64,000 bases of DNA. It comes from Isurus oxyrinchus. Taxonomy: Eukaryota. The stretch is from contig JANJGN010000042.1 in NCBI GenBank assembly GCA_026770705.1, positions 3,286,001 to 3,350,000 of the forward strand, read 5' to 3'. Shown here one piece after another: positions 49,771 to 63,235 of the stretch. Each line of letters begins with the position of its first letter. The first letter of the stretch is position 1. The notes under the pieces are model-generated. The model did no database searches. It worked only from the letters and a program-made list of their open reading frames with translations, and had not been told where the DNA came from. A program made the translations under genes and the position numbers.

Positions 49771-50399
49771 ATATTTTAGATAATCTCTATCAACTGTTAT
49801 TTTTCATAAATGGCAGAACTTTCAGGGATCAGCAAGTCTCCCACCATTTATCATTGGGGAGCTGGACATTTATCACATGTTTCCATGCACAGATATCTGC
49901 CCCATCGCAGGGAGAGGAGAGGCGTTCTAGAAGGGGCAAAGCTGCCCCCCCCCCCCCCCCCCCCAGTTTTATTTGTACACCTTCATGGGGTGTGGAAGTC
50001 AGTGGCTATGCAAGCATTTATTGCTGAACCTAATTGCCCTTGTTCAGCGGGAATTTAAGAGTCAAACGCATTGCTATGGGTCTGGGGTCACATGTAGGCC
50101 AGACCAGGCAAGGACAGCAGATCTCCTCCCCTAAAGGAAATTAGTGAATCACATGGATTTTTATAGCAATCAGCAATGGCTTCATGGTCACCTTGAGGCA
50201 TATAATGCCAGATTTTTACTGAATACAAATTTCACCATCGGCCCCGCAGGATTTTAAGCAGGGTCTCCAGAGCATTACACGGGGGCAACTGCAGGACCAC
50301 TATGCTACCACCTCCCGTTCATCGAGGCCACCCTTAATGCCCTTCTCTGTGCAGATATGATAGATGTGGTCAGTTTATGTCGAGCGCTTTGAAAAGGAC

Positions 50400-51571
50400 G
50401 AAGTCCAGGCAGAATCATATTGCATTGGAGATGACCGATGGGGTCAACAGTGTTTACCTGGTGAGGAGGACTTGGCCCAGTGCCATAAAAGGATCAACAA
50501 CTTCGTGAGATCTGATGCGGGTAGTTAAATCTCAGCCTTACACACTTGGGGAGGCAGAGGTTTGCCTATGCCTTCGCTAAGTATTTTGGGTTGTTTCTGA
50601 CCGTCGTGGTCCAGCCCTGGTCTATTTCCTTCACGGAACTACAGCAACCTGAACCTCCCCGTGTTCTGTTCTCCATCTCCATCACCCATGTGATTCTCCT
50701 CCTCCTATTCCTACTCTCCTCCTCCTCACTGGAGGTTGACTCACCAACTGAGGCAACAATCCCCATCTGTCTTTGACACTTTTCACCCCAAACCCCTTGT
50801 TAGTGGATTGGAAAATATTACATCAAAAGGGCCCTCCGCATTAGAGGAGAGTTCTCCTCATGACAAATATACCAAAGGTTTCCCTCTTCACCCAAATGAG
50901 CACTTCCTGAAGTCAATAGAATTTGAACTGTAAAGCTGAGGCGCTGCAGCTTTAAAACCCGCCCAAACAAGCATCACCTTAAAAAGAAAAGTTTTCCCAA
51001 CTGTGCAAAGCCTGGCCCTGAAAGCATAAAATTGCCTCCTGACCGCATTATAGCCGTGAGATGGGTAGTTAACAGCTGAATTGTCTTTTACATTCATATT
51101 TCAGTGATGCGGGTGGGGTCCCGAATTTTGACCCGCCGGGTGCAGTGTTCCTGGAAACCGGCTCGGTGATGTCATAAACTGTGTCAGACGTCATCGCGCC
51201 CCATCATATGATCAATCAAGCAATAAACGCCTCCAATCTGGGAGCGTAAAATACAGCCCCCTCAGCGGCGGTGCAGAGGAGCTTATGCCGCCCCAAGGGT
51301 TTACAGGCACAGATGTATCTACCTGCAACTGATCTCATGACGCCTTTGAGCTTTTTGTTGTACTGGGGCAAGTTCTCATTGCCACGTTAGCACCGTTGAC
51401 CTCGTGGACCACGAGTCTGCCTGGGCTTCCCGTCTTCCCACCGCTGGGCATGAGCCGATCACCTCGATCACATGCTACATGCAGGTGGGGACCGAGACCG
51501 GCCTCATCGAACCTGGAGGAAGCTTTTCCCTTGATAAAACACCATTTCCCTCGCTCCGATGGCGCAGACAA
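50400..51571 (-). mobile_element. Possible decayed PIF/Harbinger transposon (Myb/SANT-like ORF plus transposase N-terminus)
   Basis: 51330-51560 reads SRFDEAGL..DRGDRLMPSGGK..VNGANVAMRT/QYNKKLKGVMR, resembling Harbinger Myb/SANT proteins. 50766 starts MGIVASVGESTSSEEEE. TIR-like GGGGCTGTATTTTACGCTCCC at 51241-51261. Recognised from memory only. Confidence 0.3.
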
Positions 51572-51699
51572 CTACGTATGGAAATATGCAATAAATGTTG
51601 ACAGATCATTGACAGAAAGTGAGAAACTTATTGATGTTTTAAAATTCTGCCACCTATGCAGATTTAGACGATTGGCAGAGATTAGCCAAAATTTAATAT

Positions 51700-53345
51700 G
51701 AGAACTGAAAAAGCTGGAAACTCTCTGTACGTCTGGTAGCAATAGTGAAGAGAGAAATAGTGTTAACATTTGGGGTCCGTATGACTCTTCTTCAGAGGTG
51801 AAGAGAGGTAGAAATGTGCTTGTTTCCACTGCGGAAGAGAGGGGCGGGGCAGGTGGAGCAAAATAGAAGGTCAGGGATAGCTGGGAGCTCAGACGAGAAA
51901 TGACAAAACGCCATGCACACAACACATACAGGTGCAGCAAACACATAGGAAGGCTAATGGAATGTCGGCCTTTACCTTAAGAGAATTTGAGTGCAGAAGT
52001 ATTGAAGTCTTGCTTCAATTGTATAGAAGCTTGGTTAGACCGCAACTAGAGTGCTGTGGGCAGTTTTGGTCTGCTTACCTTAGGATGGGTATTATTGCCA
52101 TAGAGGGAGTGCAACGAAGATTCGCCAGGCTTCCTCCTGGGTTTGGGGAACTGTCTGATGAAGAGAGGTTGAGGAAACTGGGCTTGTATTCTCTAGAGTT
52201 TCGAAGAAAGAGAGGTGATTTCATTGAAACCTACAAAATTCTTAAATGTATAGACAGGGTTGATGCAGATAAGATTTTTCCCTGGTTGTTGAGTGTAGAA
52301 ACAGCGGTCACAAATTCGAAATTAGGGGGATGCCACTTAGGATCGAGATGAGGGAAAATTTCTTTGTTCAGAGGGTTGTAAATCTTTGGATTTCTCTACC
52401 CCAGCGGGTCGTGAAACCTTAGCAATTCCATATGCTTAAGGTAGAGATTGACAGATTTCTCATTAATAATAACATAAAGTGTTGTGGAGATAGTGTGGGT
52501 AAAAGCCATTGAACTGTTCGGTCAACCATGATCATATTGAATGGCGAAGCAGGCTCGACGGGCTGAATGGTCTTTTCCTGTTACTATGTTCCTAAGACAG
52601 AGTGGTAATGATAGTGATAAAGTCTAAGGTAGGTGTTAATGCTGATGTAAAGGTCAGATGGCAGAATGTGTTACTGACAGGTCAGCGTCTGTGAAAGCAA
52701 AGCGAAAAAACAAGTTACAGATTTGCCCTGTGGGAGGATATGGTTGGGGAAAGAAATCAACATGCAGGTCTGAAGCCATGAACTTAGTGTTAAGTCCAGA
52801 AGACTGTAAAGCACCTAGTTGTAAGCCTTATCTTCTGATTAGGCACTTTAAAGGCTCCTGGATTTAACATTGAGTTCAACAACTTCAGACCATGCACTCT
52901 GCCCTCTATTTTGATACTTTTACCACACCCACCCCCTGCCCTTTTAGAGACGGTTAGAGGGCCGTCTCTAACATGTTCCTATGTTTTGCTTTCACATAGC
53001 ACGGAACCTTGTTCTGCTGTTATCAATTCTGCTATCTGACATTTATGCCATTATTGGCACCGGCCTTAGTCTTTAGCACTACCATTGGCTTCTGTACATG
53101 GCATCTTTGTCAAATCTCTCTTGTGATCCCCACTATCTCTGGATTCTACTTTGCTCCACCCCCTCGCTTCACCAGTGTAAAACCCATCGTATGTCTACCG
53201 CTATTTAGTTCTGAAGAAGAGTCACAGGATCTCAAAACATTCTCTGATTCGACCTCCGCAAATGCTGCCAGACCTGCTGAGCTTTTTCAAGTATTTTCTG
53301 ATTTTGTTTTTAAATTTCAGATTTCCAACGTCCACAGTATTTCAC
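51700..53345. mobile_element. Palindromic ORF-less Penelope derivative (two inverted tails), left arm interrupted by CR1
   Basis: Minus arm 51700-51922 plus 52596-52830, plus arm 52830-53345. Decayed hammerheads CTGAAGAAGAGTC at ~51783-51795 (-) and 53211-53223 (+). Confidence 0.7.
51923..52595 (+). mobile_element. CR1 3' fragment
   Basis: LLQLYRSLVRPQLECCGQFW..YEERL-type..RGDFIETYKILK. Confidence 0.88.
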
Positions 53346-54834
53346 TTTTACTTTAGCCATAAATTAAATTGGCTTATCTGTCCAGACTGGAAAATGCACA
53401 AATCGTCATCAGATACAAAAGATGCACTCGGGAGACCATCCGATGGTTTACCTGACACTGATCCGTGCCAAGGGGCCCTTCAGCGTGTTGGACCTTACTT
53501 TATTTTGAGTCATGATCTGCAGCCTCAGAGACCGGACATGCCTCCCTTCACCTCTCATTTGGCAGGATGACGCTCTGTAACCCGTCCTGGGCGCTAACTG
53601 GTTGCAGTTACCATGCTATTATGTGTGCGCTGATGGCGATTCTGGAAGTTGAAACACAGCTGAACACAGCGTGCAGAACCTTCCACTGACGTGCAACAGT
53701 AATATGCAGTCAATTGTGTCAGTAAGTCTCTCTTTAAAAGTGCTCAAGTAGCCATCCAATCAATGTAGTGCAGCAGTGTATACCTAAGTTCACAATTAAC
53801 ACCCGGTAGGCAATCTGCGGCTTTGTCTATGTTATGCATGAATTCACATCACCTTGGATACAGGTTCTATCCAACACCCTTGTAAAACTCAGAGACCAAA
53901 GTACACTTTTAGTAGCCTTCACCATCCGCGTTCCACGAGCAGCATTCCATTGATAAAAAGCAGCTGACAGGCCCATCACCTGAATGTGCTGGGTTGCTTT
54001 GGATGGACGCTATCCTGAAGTCACACAAACCAACAGGCTGAGGTGCCTCAAGATTCCAGGTTTGTACCATTGACTTCAGCAGAACCTTGGGCACATCACT
54101 TTGCAACTGATGGACAAGAGAGATGCAATTTTGGCGATACACTGGTCCTACTTAAAGATCCAAGGAGCTTAATTTCTGGTAAGGCATTTCCCCCCGAAAC
54201 TCTTCAGTGTCTTTTGAAGGATTCTGAATTGATTTTTAAGGGAGGTTGGTGATTTTGTGTGGATGTGTTGTACTTCATAAAGGTTGCATGAAATTTGGGT
54301 TCAACGGCAGAAGAACCATTAAGATTACAGCAAAACTGGTAGGACGTAACAGCGATAGAGGAGAGGGAAGGCTCTGTTCAATACTCTCTTACAAATTTGA
54401 ATTTGACACCTCCGCTCTTTTCACTGATGGGAAGCAAGCTAAAGCATCGAGCATACCGATGTGTCCTTAGGTTTGTGATTTGCTCCATAACGTCCCCTCC
54501 AGTTCCTTGACTTGGCGCTCTGCAACAGAAGGTGTATGGTTTGTTTTGGGGCAGCCCCCTGTTAGCAGAAACACCACACGTGTTGCCACTGCAAAAGAGC
54601 AGTGCTGAAAAACGCTAATCAGAAAATTGAATATTGTTTGTTTTCCTTATTTCCCAGATATTCTAATGCGTGGAATAATTATAACCTCCTGTGAATTTCA
54701 TTCTTCCCTCATTACTTACGTCAAACGTATATTGTTTTATTCATTGTCGTATGTTCTCGTCCCTTAATAAACATGCGATACATTTTGCCTTTTACCATGA
54801 TGACATCCAATCCAATCAATGACATCCAATCAAT

Positions 54835-56505
54835 GTAGTCCTAGTCTCTCCTATTAAGGGAAACATCTTCCCCACTTCCACTCTATCCAGGCCTTTTAGT
54901 ATTCTGTAAGTTTCAATCAGATCCCCCCACATCCTTATCAACTCCATCGAGTATAGACCCAGAGTCCTGAATCATTCCTCATATGTTAAGCCTTTCATTC
55001 CTGTGATCGTTCTCTTGAACCTCCTCTGGACCCTCTCCAGGACCAGAACATCCTTTCCTGAGATACGGGTCCAACATTGCTCACAATATTCTAAATGTGG
55101 TCTGACCAGAGCCTTATGAAGCCTCAGCAGCACATTCCTGCTTTTATATTCTAGTCCTCTCGAAATAAATGCCAACATTGCATTTGCCTTTCCAACTACC
55201 GACTCAACCTGCAAGATAACCTTAAGAGAATCCTGGGCTCGGATTCTCAAGTTCCTTTGCACTCCAGATTTCTGAATTCTCTCCCCATTTAGAAAATAGT
55301 CTATGCCTCTATTCTTCCTACCAAAGTGCATAACCTCACACTTCCCCACATTGTATTCCATCTGCCACTTCTTTGGCCATTCTCCTAACCTGTCCAAATC
55401 TTTCTGCAGCCTCCCTTCCTCCTAAATACTACTGTCCCTCCACCTATCTTTGTATCATCTGCAGACTTAGCCAGGATGCCCTCAGTTCCCTCATCTAGAT
55501 CACTAATATATATAAAGTGAAAAGTTGTGGTCCCAACACTGACCCCTGCGGAACTCTGCTAGTCACCAGCCATCCTGAGAAGGACACCCTTATCCCCACT
55601 CTCTGCCTCCTGCCAGACAGCCAATCTTCTATCCATGCTAGTACTTTGCCTCTAACATCATAGGCTCTTATCTTACTGAGCAGCCTCCTGTGCGGCACCT
55701 TGTCAAAGGCCTTCTGGAAGTCCAAGTAGATAACATCCATTGGCTCTCCTTTGTCTAACCTACTCGTTACCTCCTCAAAGAATTCTAACATATTTGTCAG
55801 GCATGTCCTCCCCTTGATGAAACCCTGCTGACTTTGCCCTATTTTACCATGCAATTCGAAGTATTCTGAAATATCTTGCTTAATAATGGACTCTAAAATC
55901 TTACCAACAACCAAGGTCAGGCTAATCGACCTGTAATTTCCCATATTTTGCCTCACTCCCTTCTTAAACAGGGGGGTTACATTATCGATTTTCCAGCCCT
56001 CTGGGACCATCCCTGACTACAGTGATTCCTGAAAGATCACCACTAACGCCTCCACTATCTCTTCAGCTATCTCCTTCAGAACACTGGGGTGTAATCCATC
56101 TGGCCCAGGGGATTTATGCACCTTCAGACCTTTCAGCTTTCCTGGCACCCTCACCTTGTTAATGGCCACCATACTCACCTCTGTCCCCTGACTCTCTTGA
56201 ACTTTGGGAATGTTACTTGTGTCTTCCACCGTGAATACTGACGCAAAGTACTTATTCAGTTCCTCCGCCATTTCTTTGTTCCCCACTACTACTTCTCCAG
56301 CGTCATTTTCCAGGAGCCCAATGTCAACCTTCTCCTCTCTTTCACCCTTTTTATATCTAAAAAATCTTTTGTAATTTTTTTTATATTATTGGCTAGTTTA
56401 CCTTCATATTTAATCTTCTCCCTCCTTATTTCTTTTTTAGTTGTCCTCTGTTGGTCTTTGTAGGCTTCCCAATCCCCCGGTTTCCCACTGCTCTTCGCCT
56501 TTCTC
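54835..56505 (-). mobile_element. CR1 ORF2 RT region, relatively young
   Basis: SPGPDGLHP, NYRSISLT, YLDFQKAFDKVPH, VPQGSVLGP, LVRPHLEYC. Confidence 0.92.
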
Positions 56506-56509
56506 ATAA

Positions 56510-59500
56510 GGAAATAATAAATATGAGCAGGAGTAGGCCATTTGGCCCCTCAATCCTTTCCCGCCATTCAGTAAATCATGGCTGATCTGTTCAGGCTTCA
56601 ACTCTTCTTTCGTGCCAGCTCCTCATAGCCATCAACTCCTCGATATTTCAAAAATCTGTCTACCTCCTGTTTAAATACTTTCAGTGATCTAGCCTCTATA
56701 ATGCTCTGGCTAAAGAATTACAGACATTCACTTCCCTCTGAGAGAAGAAATTCCTTTGCATCTCTGTTTTTAATATGTGTCCGCTTATTCTGCAATTATG
56801 TTCCCTAGTTATAGATTTTCCCACTGGTGGAAATATCTTCTCAACATCAATCCTGTCAAGCCCCCTCAGAATTGTACAGGTTTCAATAAGATCATCCCGC
56901 ATTTTTCTAAACTCTGATTAATAAAGGCCTAACGTGTTCAGCCGCTCTAGATAATCAACCCACCCATACCAGGAACCGCCCTAGTGAATCTATTTTTAAC
57001 TGCCTCCAATGCCGGTATATCCTTTCTTAAATACGGGGGCCAAAACTGTGCACAATACTCCAGGTGCGGCGTCACCAACACCCTGTATAGTTGTAACAAG
57101 ACTTCCCTATATTTTGAACTCCAACCCCTGATAAATACAGCCAAAATTCTATGTGCCTTTTTAATTATTTGCTGCACCTGCATGCTAACTTCTTATGTTT
57201 CAATCTCAAGAATACCCAGATCTCTCTGTGCTGCACTTTTTTGGAGTCTCTCTATTTAAACAATAGTCTGCCTTTCGAAGCATGACCTCGCACTTTACTA
57301 CATTAAACTCCATCTGTGAGGTCTTTGCCCACTCAGTCAGCCTATCTGGAAACCCCTTGCAGATTCAGTCTGTCCTCATCACAACATGCCTTCACACTAT
57401 TTTTGTATCATCAACAAATTTGGGTACATTCACTCTTGCCCCTCCTCCGAATAATTAATATAGAAAGTAAATACTTGGGGCTCTAGGACTGATCATTGTG
57501 GCACTCCACTAGTTTCATATTTCCAACAGTAAAAATACCCAATAATCCCAACTCTCTGTCTTCTGTGTGTTAACCAATCCTCGATCCATGCTAACATATT
57601 ACCTCCCAATATCGTAGACTCCTATCATGTGAAATAACCCGTTATTTGGCACCTTATTGAATGCGTTCTGGAAATCCAAATACAGCACATCTACTGGTTC
57701 CCTTTTATCAATCCTGCTTTCTTTATCCTCAAAGAACTCTCTCAAATTTGTCAAACATGATTTCCCTTTCACAAAACCATGTTAACTCTGTTTAACTGCA
57801 TTAAGCTTTTCTAAATGCTCTGCTATTTCTTCCTTAATAATAGACTCAAGCTTTTCTCAATGACAGATGTCAGGCTGACTGGCATATTGCATTTGGCTTT
57901 TTGTCTCCCTCTCCTTTTGAACAGGGGCATCACATTAGCAGTTTTCCAAACCACTGGGACCCTCCCAGAATCCAGTGAGTTTTGGAATATTTCGACCGAT
58001 GCCTCCAGTATTTCTGCAACTGCTTCCTTTAAAACCTTTGGATGCAGGCCATCAGGTCCTGGCGACTTGTTTGCCTTTAGGCCCATTAGTTTGTCAAATG
58101 CGTTTTCCTTCCTGATAGAGACTTACAAAATCATTCCTTCCATTAGCTCCTCGATTGTCTGATATATTTTGGATGTTTATCGTGCCCTCCACAATGAAGA
58201 CCAAAACAAAATATTGATTTAAATTACATGCGATTTCCATATTCCTCGTTATCAACTCTTCAATCGTATCCTCCAAGAGTCCCACTCTCACTTAAGTGAA
58301 ACTTTCTCTTTATATACCTGTAGAAATTCTTGCTGTTTGTTTTTATAATTCTTGCCAAATTAGTTTCATAATCAATTGTCTCTCTCTTCATTATCTTTTT
58401 AGCAATCTGTTCTTGGCTTCCAAAAAAATTCCAATCCCCTCACCTACCACTAGTTTTCACCAATTTGGACGCCCTAGGTTTTGACTCGATGCTCTCTTTG
58501 ACCACCTTTGTTAACCGTGGGTGGTTCATCCTTCTCAAGTCCTTTTTTTTGCCAGGGATAATTCTTTGCTGAACGTTATGAAATATGAGCTTTAATGTTT
58601 GCCACTGCTCATCCACTGACCTTCCCCTTAGCCTATTTTCCCAGCCCTCTTTAGACAACTCGTCTTCATACCTCTGTAATTCTCCTTATTTAGAAAGTCG
58701 AAGTCCCTTGAATATTGGGTTCCCAATCCTGGACAGGTTGCAACTACATCTCTGTAATAGCTATCAAATCATATTCATTTATTTCTATTTGTGCTTTCAA
58801 CTCAGCTATCTTGTTATAAATGCTGCAGGAATCCAGCTAAAGAGCCTTTTGCTTTGACTTCTCACCATTATTGCCCATTCTGGTTCTGATTTCTGCTGCA
58901 CTCTTCTGCTTATATTTTCTGCCCTTTCTTGTTACACTTTGATTATCGTTCACCTCTTCACTGCTCTATACCTCTGCTGTCTCGTTTATTTTTGATTTTT
59001 AAACTTCTCTTCAATTGATCCATACCCTACCCCCACCCCTCCTAATGATTGGTTTAATATCCCATCAACAAACCTAGTTATGAGATTTTCCAGGGCAATG
59101 GTCCCAATATGGTTCAAACGAAGCCCATCCCAACGGTACAGCTCTCTTCTTCACCTGTACTGGTACCAATACCCTAATCAATTGGAAACCATTTCTCCCT
59201 CGCCAATCTTTGAGCCACTCACTTATCTCTCTAATCTTTTTTTATCCAACGCTAATTTTCACGTGGCTCAGGTAGTGATCCGAATGTTATTTCTTCTGTG
59301 GCGCTGCTTTTTAATTTAGCCCCTATCTGCTCGTAGCCCCTCAGCAGCTCTATCTTAGTGCGACCTATATCTTTGGTTCCTACGTAGACCACGACAACTG
59401 GATCCTTCGCCTTCCACTCCAAGTTCCTCTCAGTCCAAAGGAGATGTCCTTAACCTTGGCACCAGGGAGGCAACAGAGCAATCTTTCAGGGCGTTCTGTC

Positions 59501-60000
59501 TTTACTGCAGAGAACAGTATCTATTCCCATAGCTATGCTATTCCCTATCAATAGCTATTTTCTCTTTCCTCACTGCACATAAAAAGCGTTCTGTACCACG
59601 ATGTTGTGGGGTCTGTTCGCTCATCCTCAATGCAGTTTGTGCCCACGTCCACAGTGGGAGCAAGAACCTTTTACCTCTTGGACAAGGGACTGGCTGAAGC
59701 TCCTCCAGAGCTAGATTGTGGATCCCTGAACCTGCCCCGTATGCAGCCACGCCCTCCAGTCTCTTACCACGGTCCAGATTTAAAGTAATTAATCTAAGAG
59801 GTGTGACTGCCTCCTGAAGCACAGTATCGAGGTAAAACTCCCGCTCCCAGGTGTGTCACAGTGTCTGCAGCTCAGACTCCAGCTCATCAACTCTGTGCTG
59901 AAGTTCCTCGAGCAGCCAACATTTATTACAGATGCAGTCACCGGGCATCATACCAGCGACCACCAATCGCCCATACTATAGCTGCAACACATCGACTGCC
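56510..60000 (-). mobile_element. Long older CR1 with ORF1 (zinc finger/coiled coil/esterase-like) and internally deleted ORF2
   Basis: ORF1 reads CICNKCWLLEELQHRVDELESELQTL and CCLPGAKVKD..VVVVYVGTKDIG. ORF2 reads NKSPGPDGLHP and LVTPHLEYCAQFW. 3' tail at ~56510. Confidence 0.85.
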
Positions 60001-60193
60001 CAGCCAACCCTATTCTATTCAATTAATTAATTTGGATGTTAACTATTTTAAAAGTAAATTTCTAAACTTTACTCTTCAGCTCTTGTAACATTTAAAATAT
60101 TTGGCCAATCAAACCACACATTGGAGGAATTCCCACCAATCACATACCTCTTTTCCTTTGATGTCTCACTTCGGCTCTGACAGGAAGGAATAG

Positions 60194-60415
60194 GTCCTCC
60201 TTTCACATTCCCCTCTAGGTGTTGCAGACTGCCTGTCGCAGGGTCTTCCTCTCACACTCTCCTTTAACTTCTGCTGACTGCTTGTCACAATAACCTCCTT
60301 TCGCACTCTCCTCAAGGTTCTGCTGACTGCCTGCCTCAGGGTCCACCTCTCACACTGACCTGTAGGTGCTACTGAATGCCTGTCCCAGCGTCTTCCTCTC
60401 GCACTCCCCTCTGAG
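60194..60415. repeat. 49-bp tandem repeat, ~4.5 copies
   Basis: Unit starts at 60194, 60243, ~60292, 60341 and 60390. Confidence 0.85.
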
Positions 60416-60934
60416 AGACTTAACTAATCCCTTCCACTAGTTACATTCCTATTACATGTATGCACACAAGACAGTGACACAGCTGTGTGGGTGCGTGTCG
60501 GTGCTTAGTAAAAGGGGTACAGTGCATGGAACAATAAGCATTCCAATTTCAGAGCGTATTCTACCCTCGTGATCCAATCTCTACTCAGGCGGGATATTGA
60601 GATTCCTTCATTTGACAATTAGAATTCGTATACAATGAGAGATGAGAGGCCAGACTCTCTCACCCATATTACTCTAGTGATAGTGCGGCGCCCGTGAGCT
60701 GTGAGAATGAACCAGGTTTGGGTCACAACTGGTAAAAGAACCAGAAACTGACCGAGAACACACTGCAAAGCTGAAATATGTGGTGATAGTTCCTTATACA
60801 ATTTTAAAATTACACAAGGGGCAAAAATTGTGAAGAGAGTGACTTTGTACCTGCGAAAAGAGGCCAGTTGTTACATAGAGCTGGAGAACAAACAAATCAG
60901 TTATTATGTGCCATTCGTGTAGGATTTACCTTTC

Positions 60935-61844
60935 TCATAATTTAAATAACTTAAAAATTAAACTGAGTAGATATTTCACCCTATTTATTAACTCCTCTCT
61001 GAATTTACTCTGGCTCCCGGCAGAAATAAAAGGATTGATGCAGGAACTGAAAAGTTTCAAGATAAATCCACTTTCCTCCAGAATGAAATTTGATTCATTG
61101 AAATTGGAACCAGAGAAATAAGTAACTCTCGCAATTCTGGTGTAGAGGAAGATTATAAAAGTTAACAAATATAATGTGATGAAGTTGCCTGAAATGGTGA
61201 AGAGTAAAACAATGGACGTTCTCCTCTTCTCCATTTCTGGGTCACACTGATTCTCTCCATTGCTCTGGGCTCGGAGTCTCCTGCGGGCCCGACTGACCGC
61301 AAGAATGTGCTTGACAGTCAGAGCATTGAGAAATAAAATCAGAATGGACGGGAGACAAGGGTTAAAAATGTGAAGAATCCAGTCATATGTCACCCAAGAA
61401 GGTGATGTATAAAATATGCCTTTTATGCTGCAGAACCAGGGTACATTGTGAATTGTGTGCGAAGTTTCATAAATAAAATACAAGAAGGAAGTTATAAAAC
61501 AGCTGATTGCACAGACTGTTCTGATAACCAGCGCTGCCGCCTTCTCGGTGCAATATTTTATTTTCAACTTTTGACAACAAATGGCCACAAATCTATCAAA
61601 GGTGAAAGCGACCGTTAACAGTGCTGAACAACCTAAGGCTGCATAGTTGAAGATAGAACGGAGACTGCAGAGCGGTCTGATGGCCAGAAACTAAATGAGA
61701 AATAAATACCAGTGATCCGGTTTAATATCACAGAATTGATAATGACCATGAGGTCCGACACGGCCATAGAAACTAAATAGTAATTGATGCACCTGGAGAG
61801 ACCGCATCTTCCTCGAGACAGGATCATAGTCACTGCCAAGTTAG
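60935..61844 (-). pseudogene. GPR139/142-like class A GPCR main exon with a single frameshift
   Basis: Intact phase-1 acceptor, ANLAVTMILSRGRCGLSRC..MAVSDL.., a 1-nt deletion near 61686, then open through FTFDRFVAICC..CINPFI..KFR to the stop at 60935. Confidence 0.88.
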
Positions 61845-62209
61845 CTGTAAGAGAGAGTGAGAGAAATTGAGTGAGAGAGAGTGTCTTTATCAATTCTTGG
61901 GAACAGCAACGCTATTGGTTGAAACACAAAATGATATTCATTTTACTGGTTTCTGTGTCAAATATCCTGCTTTGCAGTTGATGCTGTTTAGAAATTGTCC
62001 TTTATGCGACAGGAACGTCTCCTGTGATTAAAATGATAAATTATGTTTCGTTTTAAAGTAGGAAAGGGCAAATACCTAATAAATATAAAATAATGCATTG
62101 AAACATGGAGAACCAAAAACCAGTCACAAACACCTTGTATCAAACGTGGGAACGCCACACAGAGAAAGGAAATGGCATAAATAACGTTTTAAAGGTGTTA
62201 GGAATATGG

Positions 62210-63235
62210 AGAAATATAGAAACGAGGAGCAGGAGTAAGTCATTGCGGCAGTTGAGCCTGCTCCGCCATTCAATATGATCACAGCTGATCCCCTATCTCA
62301 ATGCTGTACTCCTGCGCTGGCCCTATACCCCTTAGCATCTTTAGAGCCCAGAGATCTACCATTTACCTTCTTATATATATTCAAAAACCTGGGCTCCACA
62401 GCTCTCTGTGGCAGAGAATTCCATATGTTCACCACCCTTTGATTGAGGAAATTTCTCCTCTTCTCAGTTCTAAATTGTCTATCCCATACCCTGAGACTTT
62501 GACCCCTTGTTCTAGACTCCCCAATCAGAGGAACTATCATACATGCATCCCGTCTATCCATCCCTGTCAGAACTTTATATGTTTCTATGAGATTTCCTCT
62601 CATTCCTCTAATTTCCAACGAGTACAGGCCTATTCGGACCAAGCTCTCCTTATACGACAATCCTGCCATCCCAGGAATCACTCTGGTGAACCTTCGTTGC
62701 ACTCTCTCTATGGCAAGTATACCCTTTGCCAGGTAAGGAGACCAAAACTACAAACAATTATCCAGGTGTAGTATCACCAAGGCCCTGTACAGCTGCAGTA
62801 AGACATCCTTGCTCTTGTCCTCAAGCCCTCTCGCAATGAAGGCCAACATACCATTTGCCTTCTTAATTGCTTGTTGCACTTGCATGTTTGCTTTCAGTGA
62901 TTAGTGTGCAAGGACACCCAGACCCCTTTGTACATTAATATTTCCGAGTTATTACCATTTAAATAATTCCCTGCCGTTCTGTGTTTCCTACAAAAGTGGA
63001 TAACTTCACAGTTATCGACGTTATACTGCATATGGCAATTATTTTCCCACTCAGCCAACCTGTCAAGGTCGCCTTGAAGCCTTTTAATAATCTCCTCATC
63101 GCTCACATTCCCACCGAGTTTCGTGTCGTCAGCAAACTTGTAAATATTAATTTGGGTTCCACATCCAAATCATTGATATATATTCTGAATAGCTGGGGCA
63201 CAAATACTGATCCCTGTGATACTCCGCGAATTATA
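62210..63235 (-). mobile_element. CR1 3' portion
   Basis: GVSQGSVFVP..YINDLD, QRRFTRVIPGM..RVVNIWNSLP. Confidence 0.88.

Noticed and set aside
53400-54480. Possible DDE transposase remnant
   Set aside because: I could not read convincing catalytic motifs by eye.
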